Positions 9,592 through 20,759 are shown, counted from the first letter of the stretch. The stretch: 64,000 bases of DNA from Bacilli bacterium (GCA_017416535.1 JAFQCG010000001.1:139013-203012), one strand, 5' to 3'. Notes: generated from the sequence alone by a model not told the origin. Made by a program: numbers and translations.

Positions 9592-11187
9592 TTAAATTGT
9601 TGGATACACTCCTGGTCCTATTGGAAGACCTACTATATACCATCCTACAATAAGTACTATCCAGACTGCTGCAATAAGCAAGAAATATGGTGTTATCATT
9701 TTTAATGATTTTCTTATTGTGATTGGTTTTTCCTTGTTTAAATTATATAAATTTAAATATCCTATATATATAACAAATGATGCTAGTAAAGGAGTAAATC
9801 CTTTTGTCATTGAATCTGCTGCACGCATTACTATTTGAGCAAATTCTGGAGATATATTTGATTGCATATATATTGGAACAACTACTGGTGAAAATAGAGC
9901 CCATTTACTAGATACACTTGTTAGTAATAATCCAGATAAAGCAATAATTACTAGTGTAAATATAATCAATATAATTCCATTCATTTCAATATATTCAAGT
10001 ATACTTACTAACCAAGTTGTAACTACTATTCCAATATTTGTTTTTTTATAAATTGCTACGAATTGAGATACCACAAACATAAGTATAAAAATTGGAGCAA
10101 TTTTTGATATCTTAGAACTCATTTTATCAATTAGATCTTTATCATTTTTTATTGATTTAGCACCAAATGCGTAGGCAAATCCTGTTACAATAAAGAATAA
10201 TGCAACTAGATAACTAAATCCATTTTGGAAATATGATTTTGGTCCAAATATTTGTTGTGAGTATATTTTCTCGCTCATATCTAACATCATACCTGAACCT
10301 GGTAATCCTGGAATTAATGCATATATAACAAATATAGAATAGATAATGCCTACTATTAATGCTGCTCTAATTCCTTTTTTCTCTCTTTTTTCTTTTTCAA
10401 TTTGTTTTTGTTCTTCTTCTTCAATACTTATAGGACTATATTGTTCTGTATTTGCAAATTCTTCTTCTTTTTTATATTTTCCTATTCTTGGGGCAATAAT
10501 ATTTTCAATTATTATTGTTCCTACTATTGATAACACAAGAGTTGCAGCTATTGAGAATATTAAGTTAGAACTTAGCGCTATATGCGCTGATTCATTAATC
10601 AGAATAGCGGCATTTTTTGTATATTCCATAAGCATTATTTCTTGAGTCCCTACAAATAATGATACTCCATATCCAAATGATACCCCGCAGAAAGCTGTTG
10701 CTATTCCAAGTAATGGATTTCTTTTATTTATAAAATATATTACAGCTACTAAAGGGATTAATAATGCATACCCTACTTCATTTACTATTGATGATGCTGA
10801 GGCTACGAATAATACAATAAATGTAAAAATGTGTCTTGGAATTTTAGATAAATATCTTTTTGTTACTGTTTCAATAAATCCTGTTGATTCTGCAAGGGAA
10901 AGGGCTATTACAGAAACAAGTAACATTCCCATTGGACCAAAACTTAAGAAGTTTTTAACTGCATTACTTACAATAAAACGCAATCCACTTAAACTAAATA
11001 AGTTTTCTACTGTTATTAATGTTGGCTCAAGATCTTTTGCATTTACATTTACTGAATTATATGTTGCTTGCATTTCAAATAGTGAAAATACTCCACTCAA
11101 TACAATTACTAATATTGATAATATTAAAAATGTTGTTATTGGGTGAAAATAAAACTTTTTTAATTTTAATTTTCTTTTATCGTTCAT
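9592..11187 (-). CDS. AbgT family (p-aminobenzoyl-glutamate-type) transporter
   Basis: 531 aa polytopic. N-terminal region ...LFSLSGLRFIVSNAVKNFLSFGPMGMLLVSV and C-terminal VGLPIGPGVYPTI closely match AbgT/MtrF family signatures. Confidence 0.7.
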   Translation of the reverse strand: MNDKRKLKLKKFYFHPITTFLILSILVIVLSGVFSLFEMQATYNSVNVNAKDLEPTLITVENLFSLSGLRFIVSNAVKNFLSFGPMGMLLVSVIALSLAESTGFIETVTKRYLSKIPRHIFTFIVLFVASASSIVNEVGYALLIPLVAVIYFINKRNPLLGIATAFCGVSFGYGVSLFVGTQEIMLMEYTKNAAILINESAHIALSSNLIFSIAATLVLSIVGTIIIENIIAPRIGKYKKEEEFANTEQYSPISIEEEEQKQIEKEKREKKGIRAALIVGIIYSIFVIYALIPGLPGSGMMLDMSEKIYSQQIFGPKSYFQNGFSYLVALFFIVTGFAYAFGAKSIKNDKDLIDKMSSKISKIAPIFILMFVVSQFVAIYKKTNIGIVVTTWLVSILEYIEMNGIILIIFTLVIIALSGLLLTSVSSKWALFSPVVVPIYMQSNISPEFAQIVMRAADSMTKGFTPLLASFVIYIGYLNLYNLNKEKPITIRKSLKMITPYFLLIAAVWIVLIVGWYIVGLPIGPGVYPTI

Positions 11188-11190
11188 ATA

Positions 11191-11388
11191 TTATCCTTCC
11201 TGTGAAATTATTTTTTTAACTTTCTTGTTAAATTCAATTCTAGGAATTAATATTGTTCTACCACAGTTTAAACATTTTATTTTTATATCAGCACCTAAAC
11301 GTGTGATTTCCCATTCATTAGCTCCACATGGGTGTTGTTTTTTCATAACCACTTTTGTTCCTAATTCATAATTTAAATTATTATCCAT
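11191..11388 (-). CDS. DUF951 family protein (yyzM-like)
   Basis: 65 aa, HPCGANEWEITRLGADIKIKCLNCGRTILIPR. A conserved small protein next to parB in Firmicutes. Confidence 0.7.
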   Translation of the reverse strand: MDNNLNYELGTKVVMKKQHPCGANEWEITRLGADIKIKCLNCGRTILIPRIEFNKKVKKIISQEG

Positions 11389-11444
11389 TGTACACCTCTA
11401 ATCGTTAAAATATAATTTCTACATAATATATAATTATTTAGAGA

Positions 11445-12341
11445 TTATCCTCTAGGAATTATATTCATTACTTCTAAAATTCTATTTAAATCACTTGCAT
11501 TGACAAAACTAATTTCAATTTTATTATTTTTTACTTTTACTTTTGTTCCTAGTTTTTCACACATTTCATCTTGAATATATTGATATTCATTAGTTGTATT
11601 TCCTACTCTTTTTATTTTATTTGTTCTTTCATATTGATCTGTAGAATTAGTTAATGATTCTAATTGTCTTACACTTAATCCTTCTTCTACTATTTTATTT
11701 GCTAGTTCTTTTTGTTGAACATTATTATCTAATTTACTAAGTACTCTAGCATGTCCCATAGTGATTTTTCTTTCACTAATTTGTTGTTGAATATCTTCTG
11801 GAAGAGATAATAAACCAAGCATATTTGTAATATGACTTCTACTCTTTCCTAATCTCTTAGCTAATTCTTCTTGTGTTAAAGCTAATGTTTCGATTAATTT
11901 CTTATAAGCTGTCGCTTCTTCCACTGCATTTAGATTTTCTCTTTGTAGATTTTCTAATAATGCAATTTCCATCATTTCTGTATCATTAAAATCTCTAATA
12001 ATAGCTGGAATTTCTTCTAATCCTGCTAAAATTGAAGCTTTTACACGACGTTCTCCAGCAATTATTTCATATCCTTTGATACTTTTTTTAATAATTATAG
12101 GTTGGAAAACACCATGCTCTTTTATTGATGCAGCTAATTCTTGTAGTGCTGATTCATCAAATACTTTTCTTGGCTGATATGGATTGCTTCTTAATTCAGA
12201 TAATTTTACTTTTACGATTTCTTCACTTGGAGTCTCAGTAATTATTTTTTCTTCTACTTTATCATAGGCAATTGGTTCATTGAAAAATAGCTCTTCTAGA
12301 CCTCTTCCTAAAGCTCTTCTTTTTGTATTATTTGTCTCCAT
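11445..12341 (-). CDS. parB: chromosome partitioning protein ParB (Spo0J)
   Basis: RRALGRGLEELF N-terminus, ParB box GERRVKAS, HTH, conserved C-terminus. ATG 12341 chosen (RBS AAGGAAGTGA upstream). Confidence 0.85.
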   Translation of the reverse strand: METNNTKRRALGRGLEELFFNEPIAYDKVEEKIITETPSEEIVKVKLSELRSNPYQPRKVFDESALQELAASIKEHGVFQPIIIKKSIKGYEIIAGERRVKASILAGLEEIPAIIRDFNDTEMMEIALLENLQRENLNAVEEATAYKKLIETLALTQEELAKRLGKSRSHITNMLGLLSLPEDIQQQISERKITMGHARVLSKLDNNVQQKELANKIVEEGLSVRQLESLTNSTDQYERTNKIKRVGNTTNEYQYIQDEMCEKLGTKVKVKNNKIEISFVNASDLNRILEVMNIIPRG

Positions 12342-13116
12342 TTCTTGCAATCACTTCCTTTGCTAAATTGATATATGCTTCAGATCCTCTACTTTTTGGA
12401 TCGTATGCTACAATTGGTTCCCCATGTGATGGAGCTTCTGTTAATCTTACTAGTCTTGGAATTATTGTGTTATAAACTTTTTCTTTAAAGAATTTTCTAA
12501 TGTCATCAACAACTTCAAATCCTAAATTTGTTCTTGAATCAAGCATTGTTAGTAATACTCCTTCAATATCTAATGTTGGATTTAATGTTTTTTGTGCTAG
12601 CATAATTGTTTTTAATAATTGTGTAATACCTTCTAATGCAAAGAATTCACATTGTACTGGAATGATTACTGAGTTTGATGCAGTTAGTGCATTTGTTGTA
12701 ATTATTCCTAGTGAAGGAGGACAATCTAAGATAATATAGTCGAAACTATCAATTATTTCAGCTAAATGAATTTTTAATTGTTCTCCTTTTAAAAATCCAT
12801 TTTCTCTATGACTTTTTTCTACTAGTTCAATATCCAATCCCGCTAAATTAATTGTTGCTGGTAATACGTATAAATTTTTATATTTTGTTTTAATCATTGC
12901 TTCTGTAATCTTACATTCTCCTATTAAAACATCATATACGCTTTTTTCAATATCACCTTTGTTGATTCCTACACCAGTAGTTGTATTTCCTTGAGGGTCT
13001 AAATCAATTAATAATACTTTCTTCCCTAATACTGCTAATGATGCAGAAAGATTGATACTTGTAGTTGTTTTACCAACTCCACCTTTTTGATTTACTAATG
13101 ATATAACCTTTCCCAT
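12328..13116 (-). CDS. parA: chromosome partitioning ATPase ParA (Soj)
   Basis: 262 aa, deviant Walker A KGGVGKTT, LIDLDPQGN. Confidence 0.9.
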   Translation of the reverse strand: MGKVISLVNQKGGVGKTTTSINLSASLAVLGKKVLLIDLDPQGNTTTGVGINKGDIEKSVYDVLIGECKITEAMIKTKYKNLYVLPATINLAGLDIELVEKSHRENGFLKGEQLKIHLAEIIDSFDYIILDCPPSLGIITTNALTASNSVIIPVQCEFFALEGITQLLKTIMLAQKTLNPTLDIEGVLLTMLDSRTNLGFEVVDDIRKFFKEKVYNTIIPRLVRLTEAPSHGEPIVAYDPKSRGSEAYINLAKEVIARNGDK

Positions 13117-13180
13117 CTAATCACCCATTTTCCATTTTACTTTATAATTGTATCAAATAAATAAACTTTTTTAAATGATT

Positions 13181-13209
13181 TTATAAAAAAAAGTAGATTT
13201 TTATCTACT
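13181..13209 (-). terminator. terminator downstream of the noc-like gene
   Basis: AGTAGAT-TTTT-ATCTACT hairpin flanked by T-runs on both strands. Confidence 0.65.
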
Positions 13210-13217
13210 TTCTTTTT

Positions 13218-14567
13218 TTACTTATCTACCTTAATGATTATTTGATATGAATTATCAAAATTCATTTCATCAGCTTGTATCGAAATTCCATTTGCTTTTA
13301 ATTCTGAAATAGTGTCTCTTAACTTTTTCATTGCAGTATCAACATTATATTCTGTTTTAACTGTCATTTCTGGTATTCCCATATTTGTTGCTGCTATATT
13401 TGGAATAAAGTCTGCTGTTTTAAAATAATCTGCGGCCTTTTCTTGTGGCATTACTTTTGTAGCATCATTCTTTACAATTTCTTCTGCTGGTGTTAAGAAT
13501 GCACTTGTTCCTGGAATATTTCCTACAGATGGTCCTGCTCCTAAATTTTGTAAATTTAGTAAACTATCTAAATCTGCTGACGGCATTTTCTTTTCTTCTT
13601 TTGGTTCGCTTATATCAACAGCACTATTTCTTATAGAATTTAAATCTATTGGTGCTACTGGGTTATTAAATTGCATCGGTTCATCATCGTCGTCATCATC
13701 ATCAATTTCTCCGTAATTAATAAACTTAGATGTTTCTGATAATGTATTTGTTGAAGGTATTGTATTTATATCAACAATCGGTGGAACTGATGATGTTTCA
13801 CTAAAACTAGTTGGCTCTGTTGGTTCTTTAATATCCATCGTTGGCATAAGTGGATTTGTGTTTATAAAACTACTTGCTGGTGGTACTGAAATATCAATTG
13901 GTTTATTAATATTTTGATTTTCCATATCACTAGCACCTTCGTTCTTTTCTTCTTTTGGATATAATTGTTTTATTTCTTCCTCTACAGCTCTTACACTCAT
14001 TTTATTACTTATAATTTTCTTTAACATCTCTGTTTGTTTATTATGATCTGGTATATTTAAAAGTGCTCTTGCATGTCTTTCTGATATTTGTTCTTTTAAT
14101 AAGGAATCTTGAACATCATCTGGTAGTGATAATAATCTTAATTTATTAGCTACTGCAGATTGACTTTTTCCCATTGTTTTTGCTAAGTCTTCTTGTGTCA
14201 TTTCATCTATTTCTAGAATTTTTTGGTATGTTCTTGCTTCCTCTATTGGTGTTAAATTTTTTCTTTGTAAATTTTCTAATAAAGCTACTTTTGAACTTTC
14301 TTTATCATCTAGATCTCTTATAATTGCTGGTATTTTTGTTAAACCTGCTAAAGCTGATGCTTTATAACGTCTCTCTCCAGCTATTATTTCATACTTTCCT
14401 TTTACATTGCGGACAATAATTGGTTGAATTACACCATGTTCTTTTATAGATACAGCCAATTCTTTTAGTGCTTTTTCATCAAAAACCTCTCTTGGTTGAA
14501 ATCTGTTAGGTATTATGTCATCTAAATATAATTGGACTACTTGATCATTTGTATTTTCTGTATTCAT
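13218..14567 (-). CDS. noc: nucleoid occlusion protein Noc homolog (ParB paralog) with a long internal low-complexity insertion
   Basis: N-terminal ParB domain (IPNRFQPREVF, GERRYKAS), HTH (MTQEDLAKTMGKSQSAVANKLRLL) and C-terminus AMKKLRDTISELKANGISIQADEMNFDNSYQIIIKVDK, which aligns with the B. subtilis Noc C-terminus. Sits between rsmG and parA as in Bacillus. About 200 aa of P/S/T/D-rich sequence, including DDDDDDDE, is inserted. ATG 14567 has a GAGGGG RBS. Confidence 0.8.
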   Translation of the reverse strand: MNTENTNDQVVQLYLDDIIPNRFQPREVFDEKALKELAVSIKEHGVIQPIIVRNVKGKYEIIAGERRYKASALAGLTKIPAIIRDLDDKESSKVALLENLQRKNLTPIEEARTYQKILEIDEMTQEDLAKTMGKSQSAVANKLRLLSLPDDVQDSLLKEQISERHARALLNIPDHNKQTEMLKKIISNKMSVRAVEEEIKQLYPKEEKNEGASDMENQNINKPIDISVPPASSFINTNPLMPTMDIKEPTEPTSFSETSSVPPIVDINTIPSTNTLSETSKFINYGEIDDDDDDDEPMQFNNPVAPIDLNSIRNSAVDISEPKEEKKMPSADLDSLLNLQNLGAGPSVGNIPGTSAFLTPAEEIVKNDATKVMPQEKAADYFKTADFIPNIAATNMGIPEMTVKTEYNVDTAMKKLRDTISELKANGISIQADEMNFDNSYQIIIKVDK

Positions 14568-14640
14568 ATATTGTCCCCTCACTTTATTCTTTTTATCCTA
14601 TGTTATCATTATAGACTATTTTTTCTTTGCTTTCAATAAA

Positions 14641-14676
14641 AAAACATCTCTTTAATGTTATAGAGATGTCTTTTTA
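14641..14676 (-). terminator. terminator downstream of rsmG
   Basis: ACATCTCT-TTAATGTTAT-AGAGATGT hairpin plus T-run. Confidence 0.6.
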
Positions 14677-14685
14677 TGTATATTT

Positions 14686-15321
14686 TTACTTATTTTTTAT
14701 AACAACTAAACTTCTATTACTATTTTCTTTTGGTAATAAAAATTTATTTATTTCAGTTATTTGGTATTTTTTATTAATTTTATTTATTACTTCAGAAGTC
14801 ATTTCTTCTTCAATATTACCTTTCATTGCAATGAACATTCCTTCTTTATTAACTAAATGCATTGTAAAACCAAGTAACTTTTCAATGTTTGCTACTGCTC
14901 TTGCTGTTACTACATCAAATTTTTCTTTAAAATCTTCCCCTCTTGAGTGAATTGCATGTATATTTTCAAGTTTTAGATCACTAATAATTGCATTAAGATA
15001 ATTTACCCTTTTTAATAATGAATCTACTAATGTTATTTTTAAATTAGGAAAGACTATTTTTAGTACTATACCAGGAAAACCAGCACCAGTTCCAACATCA
15101 CATAATGTTTCTTTTGTTGATAAGTCAACTACTTTAGAGATTGTTAAACTATCATAAAAATGTTTTAAATATACTTCTTTTTCTTCAGTTATTCGGGTTA
15201 GGTTGATTTTTTCATTCCATTCAATCAATAAGTTATAAAACTTGTTTAGTTTTACTAACTGTTCTTCTGTTAATTCTATTCCTAGTTCTTTTATTGAAAT
15301 TATAAATTCTTCTTTATTCAT
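14686..15321 (-). CDS. rsmG: 16S rRNA (guanine527-N7)-methyltransferase RsmG (GidB)
   Basis: 211 aa, SAM-binding [11 protein letters not shown]. Confidence 0.9.
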   Translation of the reverse strand: MNKEEFIISIKELGIELTEEQLVKLNKFYNLLIEWNEKINLTRITEEKEVYLKHFYDSLTISKVVDLSTKETLCDVGTGAGFPGIVLKIVFPNLKITLVDSLLKRVNYLNAIISDLKLENIHAIHSRGEDFKEKFDVVTARAVANIEKLLGFTMHLVNKEGMFIAMKGNIEEEMTSEVINKINKKYQITEINKFLLPKENSNRSLVVIKNK

Positions 15322-17173
15322 TATATCCTCTTCTTAAGTAAACCATTAATATTGATATATCAGCTGGATTTACTCCACTTATTCTTGATGCTTGGCCTAT
15401 TGTTGTTGGAGATATTTCTGTTAATTTTTGTCTTGCTTCGCTTGCAAGATTAGGTATTTTTGAATAATCAATATCACTAGGAATTTGTTTTTCTTCTAAT
15501 GCTAACATTTTTTCTGCTTCTTTTAAGGACTTTTTGATATACCCTTCATATTTTATATTTATTTCAACTTGTTCTTTTACTTCTTTATCGTATGGAATTT
15601 CAATAAAATGTTCTAGATGTTCTAATTTAACTTCTGGTCTTTTTAAAAACTCATATAATGATATTCCTTCTTTTAATGCAGGTGTACCAATACTTTCTAC
15701 ATACTCATTTATTTCTTTTTTAGGAGTTATTCTTGTTTGCTTTAGCAATTCAAAAAACTCTTCAATATTTTGTTTTTTGTTATTAAATTCTTTATATTTC
15801 TCTTCTGAGATTAGACCTACTTGATATCCGTAGTCTCTTAGTCTTAAGTCTGCATTATCATTTCTTAGTAATAAACGATATTCTGCACGTGATGTAAGTA
15901 ATCTATATGGGTCTTTTACTCCTTTTGTTACTAAATCATCAATTAAAACTCCAATATAGGATTCATTTCTTTTTAAAATTAATGGGTCTTTTCCTTCTAA
16001 TTTTAATGCAGCATTAATTCCTGCAATTAATCCTTGTCCTGCTGCTTCTTCATATCCACTTGTACCATTGATTTGCCCTGCTGTATATAAACCTTCAATT
16101 AATTTAGTTTCTAAAGATTGTTTTAGTTGTCTTGAATCAATAGCATCATATTCAATTGCATATGCATATTTTAATATTTTTGCATTTTCTAACCCTGGTA
16201 AACTTCTTACCATTTTATCTTGAACATAGTGTGGCATACTTGTTGAAAATCCTTGAATATAAATATCATCATAGTATATACTTTCTGGTTCAAGGAATAG
16301 TTGATGTCTTTCTTTTTCTCCAAATCTTACTATTTTATCTTCTATTGATGGACAATATCTTGGACCTACTCCTTCTACATGTCCTCCATACATGCTAGAT
16401 TCATTTAAATGTTCTCTAATAATGTTATGTGTTTCTTCTGTTGTATATATTAAATGACATGGAATTTGATTATCTACATCATAATATACATTATTATCAA
16501 ATGAGAAAGTTCTTTCTACTGGATCACCAGGTTCTAGCGATGTTTTTGAGTAATCGATTGAATTTTTATCAATTCGTTGTGGTGTTCCTGTTTTTAATCT
16601 AAGTATTGTAAAACCTAATTCTTTTAAATGGTTACTTAAATATTTTGATTCTTCTTCACCATGTGGACCACCTGGTGTTTTATCTGCACCTATTAGTATG
16701 ACACTTCTTAAATATGTTCCTGTAGTTAAGATTACTGCTTTTGAATTAATTTTTGTTCCATCAGCTAGTTCTACACCTTGAATTTTATTACCTTCTACTA
16801 ATAATTTTTCGACCATAGCTTCTTTTATGTCTAAATTTTTAGTTGTTTCTAAAGTTTTAATCATTTCTTTTGGATATGTTATTTTATCCGCTTGGGCTCT
16901 TAAAGCTTGTACTGCTGGGCCTTTTTTTGTATTTAACATCTTTATTTGAAGTGCACCTTTATCTGCATTTCTTCCCATTTCTCCACCAAGTGCATCTATT
17001 TCTCTAACAACAATACCTTTTGCTGGACCACCAATAGATGGATTACATGGCATATCAGCTATATTTTTTTTATTTCCTGTTATTAGCAAGGTTTTATGTC
17101 CTTTTCTGGCACTAGCTAAACAAGCCTCACAACCAGCGTGACCTCCACCTACTACTATAATTTCGTACTCCAT
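15314..17173 (-). CDS. mnmG: tRNA uridine 5-carboxymethylaminomethyl modification enzyme MnmG (GidA)
   Basis: [20 protein letters not shown]-binding N-terminus. Roughly 620 aa. Confidence 0.9.
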   Translation of the reverse strand: MEYEIIVVGGGHAGCEACLASARKGHKTLLITGNKKNIADMPCNPSIGGPAKGIVVREIDALGGEMGRNADKGALQIKMLNTKKGPAVQALRAQADKITYPKEMIKTLETTKNLDIKEAMVEKLLVEGNKIQGVELADGTKINSKAVILTTGTYLRSVILIGADKTPGGPHGEEESKYLSNHLKELGFTILRLKTGTPQRIDKNSIDYSKTSLEPGDPVERTFSFDNNVYYDVDNQIPCHLIYTTEETHNIIREHLNESSMYGGHVEGVGPRYCPSIEDKIVRFGEKERHQLFLEPESIYYDDIYIQGFSTSMPHYVQDKMVRSLPGLENAKILKYAYAIEYDAIDSRQLKQSLETKLIEGLYTAGQINGTSGYEEAAGQGLIAGINAALKLEGKDPLILKRNESYIGVLIDDLVTKGVKDPYRLLTSRAEYRLLLRNDNADLRLRDYGYQVGLISEEKYKEFNNKKQNIEEFFELLKQTRITPKKEINEYVESIGTPALKEGISLYEFLKRPEVKLEHLEHFIEIPYDKEVKEQVEINIKYEGYIKKSLKEAEKMLALEEKQIPSDIDYSKIPNLASEARQKLTEISPTTIGQASRISGVNPADISILMVYLRRGYNE

Positions 17174-17185
17174 TTTATTCACTTC

Positions 17186-18538
17186 CTATTTTCCTACACA
17201 GAAATTTTCAAATAGGTTATCAATTATTTCTTCACTATATGTTTCACCTATAATTTCACCTAGTATATCAAAACATTCTTTTAAATCTATTTCAATAATA
17301 TCAACAGGTGCATCTTCTTCAATTGCTTGTTCTGCTGATAAAAGACTTTTGTATGCTTGTTTTGCAAGAGATATTTGACGACTATTTGTTAAATATGTAT
17401 AGTCTTTTGTTTGTATTTTTTCTAAATTAAATAATTCTTTTATCTTATTTTTTAAAGAATTAATCCCTTCATAGTCATTTGTATTTGTTTCAACTGTATT
17501 TTCTAATTCTTGTGATATTTCAATATTCTTTTCTAAATCATTTTTATTTATGACAATTATTCTTGTCTTATCTTTTGTTTTTTCTAATATTTCTTTGTCT
17601 TCTTCTGTTAATTTCTCATTATTATTTAAAACCACAATTACTAAGTCAGCTTCATCTATCATAGATAGACTCTTCTCTACACCTATTTTTTCAACTATAT
17701 CATCAGTTGAACGTATACCTGCAGTATCTATTATATTTAATAATACTCCATCCAGATAAATTTCACCCTCAACTATATCGCGTGTTGTTCCAGCAATATC
17801 TGTTACAATTGCTTTTTCTTGTTCTAGTAGTTTATTTAATATACTACTTTTTCCAACATTTGGTTTACCAATTATTACTGTTTTTATACCATTTTTTATT
17901 GTTACTGTATTTTCTGATTCATTAACTAATGTTAATAACTCTTTTTTCATTTGTGTTACTTGTTCTTTTACTTTTTCTATTGTCATTACTTCAATATCAT
18001 AGTATTCAGGATAATCTATATTAACTTCGATTGATGAAAGTAAGAATTTTAATGTTTTTCTAAAATTAGATATTAAATTAGAAGTCCTTCCACCCAATTG
18101 TGATAGAGCTATTTTTCTTGCTTCATCTGACTTACTTTCAATTAGGTCCATTACTGCTTCACTTTTTACAAGGTCTATTCTACCGTTTAAAAATGCTCTT
18201 TTTGTAAATTCTCCTGGTTCAGCAAGTCTTGCACCATTATTTAACATTGTTTCTAATATTTTATTAGTAGTTATTATACCTCCATGGCAATTTATTTCTA
18301 CTATATCTTCTGCTGTAAAACTACGAGGTCCTCTCATTATTGATATAAGTACTTCGTCTACTAATTCTTCACCATCATAGATATGGCCATAATGTATTGT
18401 ATGAGTTGGGACTTCTTCTAAATTTTTTTCTTTAAAACTTTTATTTGCAATTGAGATGGCTTCTTTACCACTTAATCTTACTATTGATATTGCCCCTACT
18501 CCCATTGTTGTTGAAATGGCTACTATTGTATCATTCAT
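17186..18538 (-). CDS. mnmE: tRNA modification GTPase MnmE (TrmE)
   Basis: MNDTIVAISTTMGVGAISIVRLSG, G-domain GKPNVGKSS, C-terminal CxGK (FENFCVGK). ATG 18538 has an AGGAGG RBS. Confidence 0.9.
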   Translation of the reverse strand: MNDTIVAISTTMGVGAISIVRLSGKEAISIANKSFKEKNLEEVPTHTIHYGHIYDGEELVDEVLISIMRGPRSFTAEDIVEINCHGGIITTNKILETMLNNGARLAEPGEFTKRAFLNGRIDLVKSEAVMDLIESKSDEARKIALSQLGGRTSNLISNFRKTLKFLLSSIEVNIDYPEYYDIEVMTIEKVKEQVTQMKKELLTLVNESENTVTIKNGIKTVIIGKPNVGKSSILNKLLEQEKAIVTDIAGTTRDIVEGEIYLDGVLLNIIDTAGIRSTDDIVEKIGVEKSLSMIDEADLVIVVLNNNEKLTEEDKEILEKTKDKTRIIVINKNDLEKNIEISQELENTVETNTNDYEGINSLKNKIKELFNLEKIQTKDYTYLTNSRQISLAKQAYKSLLSAEQAIEEDAPVDIIEIDLKECFDILGEIIGETYSEEIIDNLFENFCVGK

Positions 18539-18600
18539 GGGAATACCTCCTTTTTTTCTGAACATATTATAACACATTATTATAATAAAAAAAAGAAGAA

Positions 18601-19215
18601 TTAATCTTCTTTTGGTTTTACTACAACACAGCGATTTGGTTCTTCTCCTTCGCTTTCTGTATATACTCTCTTATTATTTGTTAGAGCATTATGAATAATT
18701 CTTCTTTCATAAGAATTCATTGAGTCCATTTTTACTTCGATTTTTGAACTTGCAACTTCTCTTGCTACTCTTTTTGCTAATTGAACTAATTGTTTTTCTC
18801 TTTTTTCTTTATATGAATTTATATCAATAATAAATTTATATGTTTTACCTATTTCTTTATTTATATGTTGATTTACTACAACAGATAATGCTTTTAGATT
18901 TTTTCCATTTTTTCCAATTAAAAGTGCATCATTATCAGAATATACTGTATATGTTGGAATTGTTTCTTTATTTTTTATTTCAACATTTGCTTGAAATCCT
19001 AAATCTTTAAGCAATTTAACTATATAATCTTTTATATATTTTACAATTTCTCTTTTTTCAATTACTTCAATTTCAACTTTAGGACTTTTGAATAATCCGC
19101 CTTTTATGTTTTCTATTTCTTTAATAATTAAATTATCTTCTACTTCTTGTAATTCTATTGTTGCAGTTGATATAGCTTCTTCTTTTGTTTTTCCTTGATA
19201 TCTATGCTTTTCCAT
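18601..19215 (-). CDS. khpB: Jag/KhpB RNA-binding protein (KH + R3H domains)
   Basis: C-terminal R3H (YERRIIHNAL) and KH (LIGKNGKNLKAL). Lies downstream of yidC as in Bacillus. Confidence 0.8.
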   Translation of the reverse strand: MEKHRYQGKTKEEAISTATIELQEVEDNLIIKEIENIKGGLFKSPKVEIEVIEKREIVKYIKDYIVKLLKDLGFQANVEIKNKETIPTYTVYSDNDALLIGKNGKNLKALSVVVNQHINKEIGKTYKFIIDINSYKEKREKQLVQLAKRVAREVASSKIEVKMDSMNSYERRIIHNALTNNKRVYTESEGEEPNRCVVVKPKED

Positions 19216-20143
19216 TTGCTTCTTTACTCCTTTTAACAATAATATTTTGGACAATTGTAAATGCATTTGATGTTGCCCAATAAATACCTAATCCAGAAGG
19301 CATGAATAATGCTGTAACAATAATCATTCCTGACATCATAATTGGCATCATTTTCATACTAGGATCTTGCATGTTTCCAGTAGAATTCATTTTAAATGAA
19401 TAGAATGTTGTTAGTGCAATTATTAACATTAAAATAATATATGCATAGAAACTAGCTGTTGTAATACCTGCTACTGGAGTTGTTCCAAGTTGTAATCCTA
19501 AAAATTTATCTTCAAATAATGCTGGTGTTCTTTGTACTGCTTCGAAGAATGCAATAAATAATGGTAATTGTAACATTGAGAATAAACATCCAGCCATTGG
19601 ATTAATGTTATATTTTTTATAAACCATTAAAGTTTCTTGATTTTGTTTAATCATTGACTCTTGGTCTTCTTTTCCTTGATATTTCTTTTGAATTCGATTT
19701 AGTTCAGGTTGAGCTTTCTTTATTAATTCAGATTGAAGTGCTGTCTTTTTGGTTACAGGATAAGCAATTAATCTGATTGCTAAACTTACAATAATTATTG
19801 ATAATGCATATTTTCCTGTAAATCCTAATATTTTACCAATTGTTAATAAAATGAATGCTAATGGTTTAACTAGAAAACTTGTCCATAAACCTTCATATTT
19901 ACCAGATGTAATTTTAAAGTTTTCACATTTTGGTAATTTTTCTAAGTCTACCCCATTCTTTTCATATGATTTTATTGATACTTTATCAGTTGGTTGACAA
20001 ATAATATTTTTTGTTAATGTTTGTTGTGTTACTTCGTTCTTTACTGGTTTATTATCTTTATCAGTAAGTGTCTTAGTACATCCTGTTGTTAGTAATAATA
20101 ACATTATTAATATAATTATTTTAATTTTATTTTTTTTCTTCAT
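19202..20143 (-). CDS. yidC: membrane protein insertase YidC/OxaA (lipoprotein type)
   Basis: 313 aa, lipobox LLLTTGC, 60 kDa inner-membrane-protein core. Confidence 0.9.
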   Translation of the reverse strand: MKKKNKIKIIILIMLLLLTTGCTKTLTDKDNKPVKNEVTQQTLTKNIICQPTDKVSIKSYEKNGVDLEKLPKCENFKITSGKYEGLWTSFLVKPLAFILLTIGKILGFTGKYALSIIIVSLAIRLIAYPVTKKTALQSELIKKAQPELNRIQKKYQGKEDQESMIKQNQETLMVYKKYNINPMAGCLFSMLQLPLFIAFFEAVQRTPALFEDKFLGLQLGTTPVAGITTASFYAYIILMLIIALTTFYSFKMNSTGNMQDPSMKMMPIMMSGMIIVTALFMPSGLGIYWATSNAFTIVQNIIVKRSKEANGKA

Positions 20144-20483
20144 GTAATTTTATATCCTTTCTTATATTATCCATTAATTGCAAAAATTCATTTTCTAATT
20201 CTTTATATTCCTTCTCTTTTGCAATTCCTCTTAATATTATAATATAATCTTGGCTATTTACATATAGTTTTTTGTAATTATCTATAATAGCTCTTAATTT
20301 TCTTTTATATTTATTTCGATTTACAGCATTCCCTATTCTTTTTCCTACTGATATTCCAAATCTATCGTATGGTAGATTATTTTTTTCATAATATATAACA
20401 TAGCTACTATTTTTTCGATAACGACCATCTTTTATTATTTTATCAAAATCACGTTGATTTTTTACTATATATAATTTTCTCAT
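20127..20483 (-). CDS. rnpA: ribonuclease P protein component
   Basis: 118 aa, basic. Follows rpmH in the conserved rpmH-rnpA-yidC arrangement. Confidence 0.85.
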   Translation of the reverse strand: MRKLYIVKNQRDFDKIIKDGRYRKNSSYVIYYEKNNLPYDRFGISVGKRIGNAVNRNKYKRKLRAIIDNYKKLYVNSQDYIIILRGIAKEKEYKELENEFLQLMDNIRKDIKLHEEKK

Positions 20484-20539
20484 TTAATCACCTAACTTTA
20501 TGGTAATACTAAAAAACCACTGTTTTATCAGCGGTATTT

Positions 20540-20662
20540 TTATTTACAAAGACTTTTACGTCCTTTACGACGACGACGATTTAATATATTTGTTTTTTTG
20601 CGTGCGAAAAAACCTAATCTTTTAGCTTTTTTACGGTTGTTTGGTTGATATGTTCTCTTCAT
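20540..20662 (-). CDS. rpmH: 50S ribosomal protein L34
   Basis: Below the 60-aa cutoff so not in the ORF track. Minus-strand translation gives [40 protein letters not shown], with a GGAGGTGG RBS at 20669-20676 (complement). Confidence 0.85.
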   Translation of the reverse strand: MKRTYQPNNRKKAKRLGFFARKKTNILNRRRRKGRKSLCK

Positions 20663-20759
20663 TTATTCCACCTCCAGACATAAATCTCCATTATTATAAT
20701 AGAATTTTCTTATTTTTGTCAATAAAATGTTTGTTTTTTCAGTAAATATTTAGATTTCA

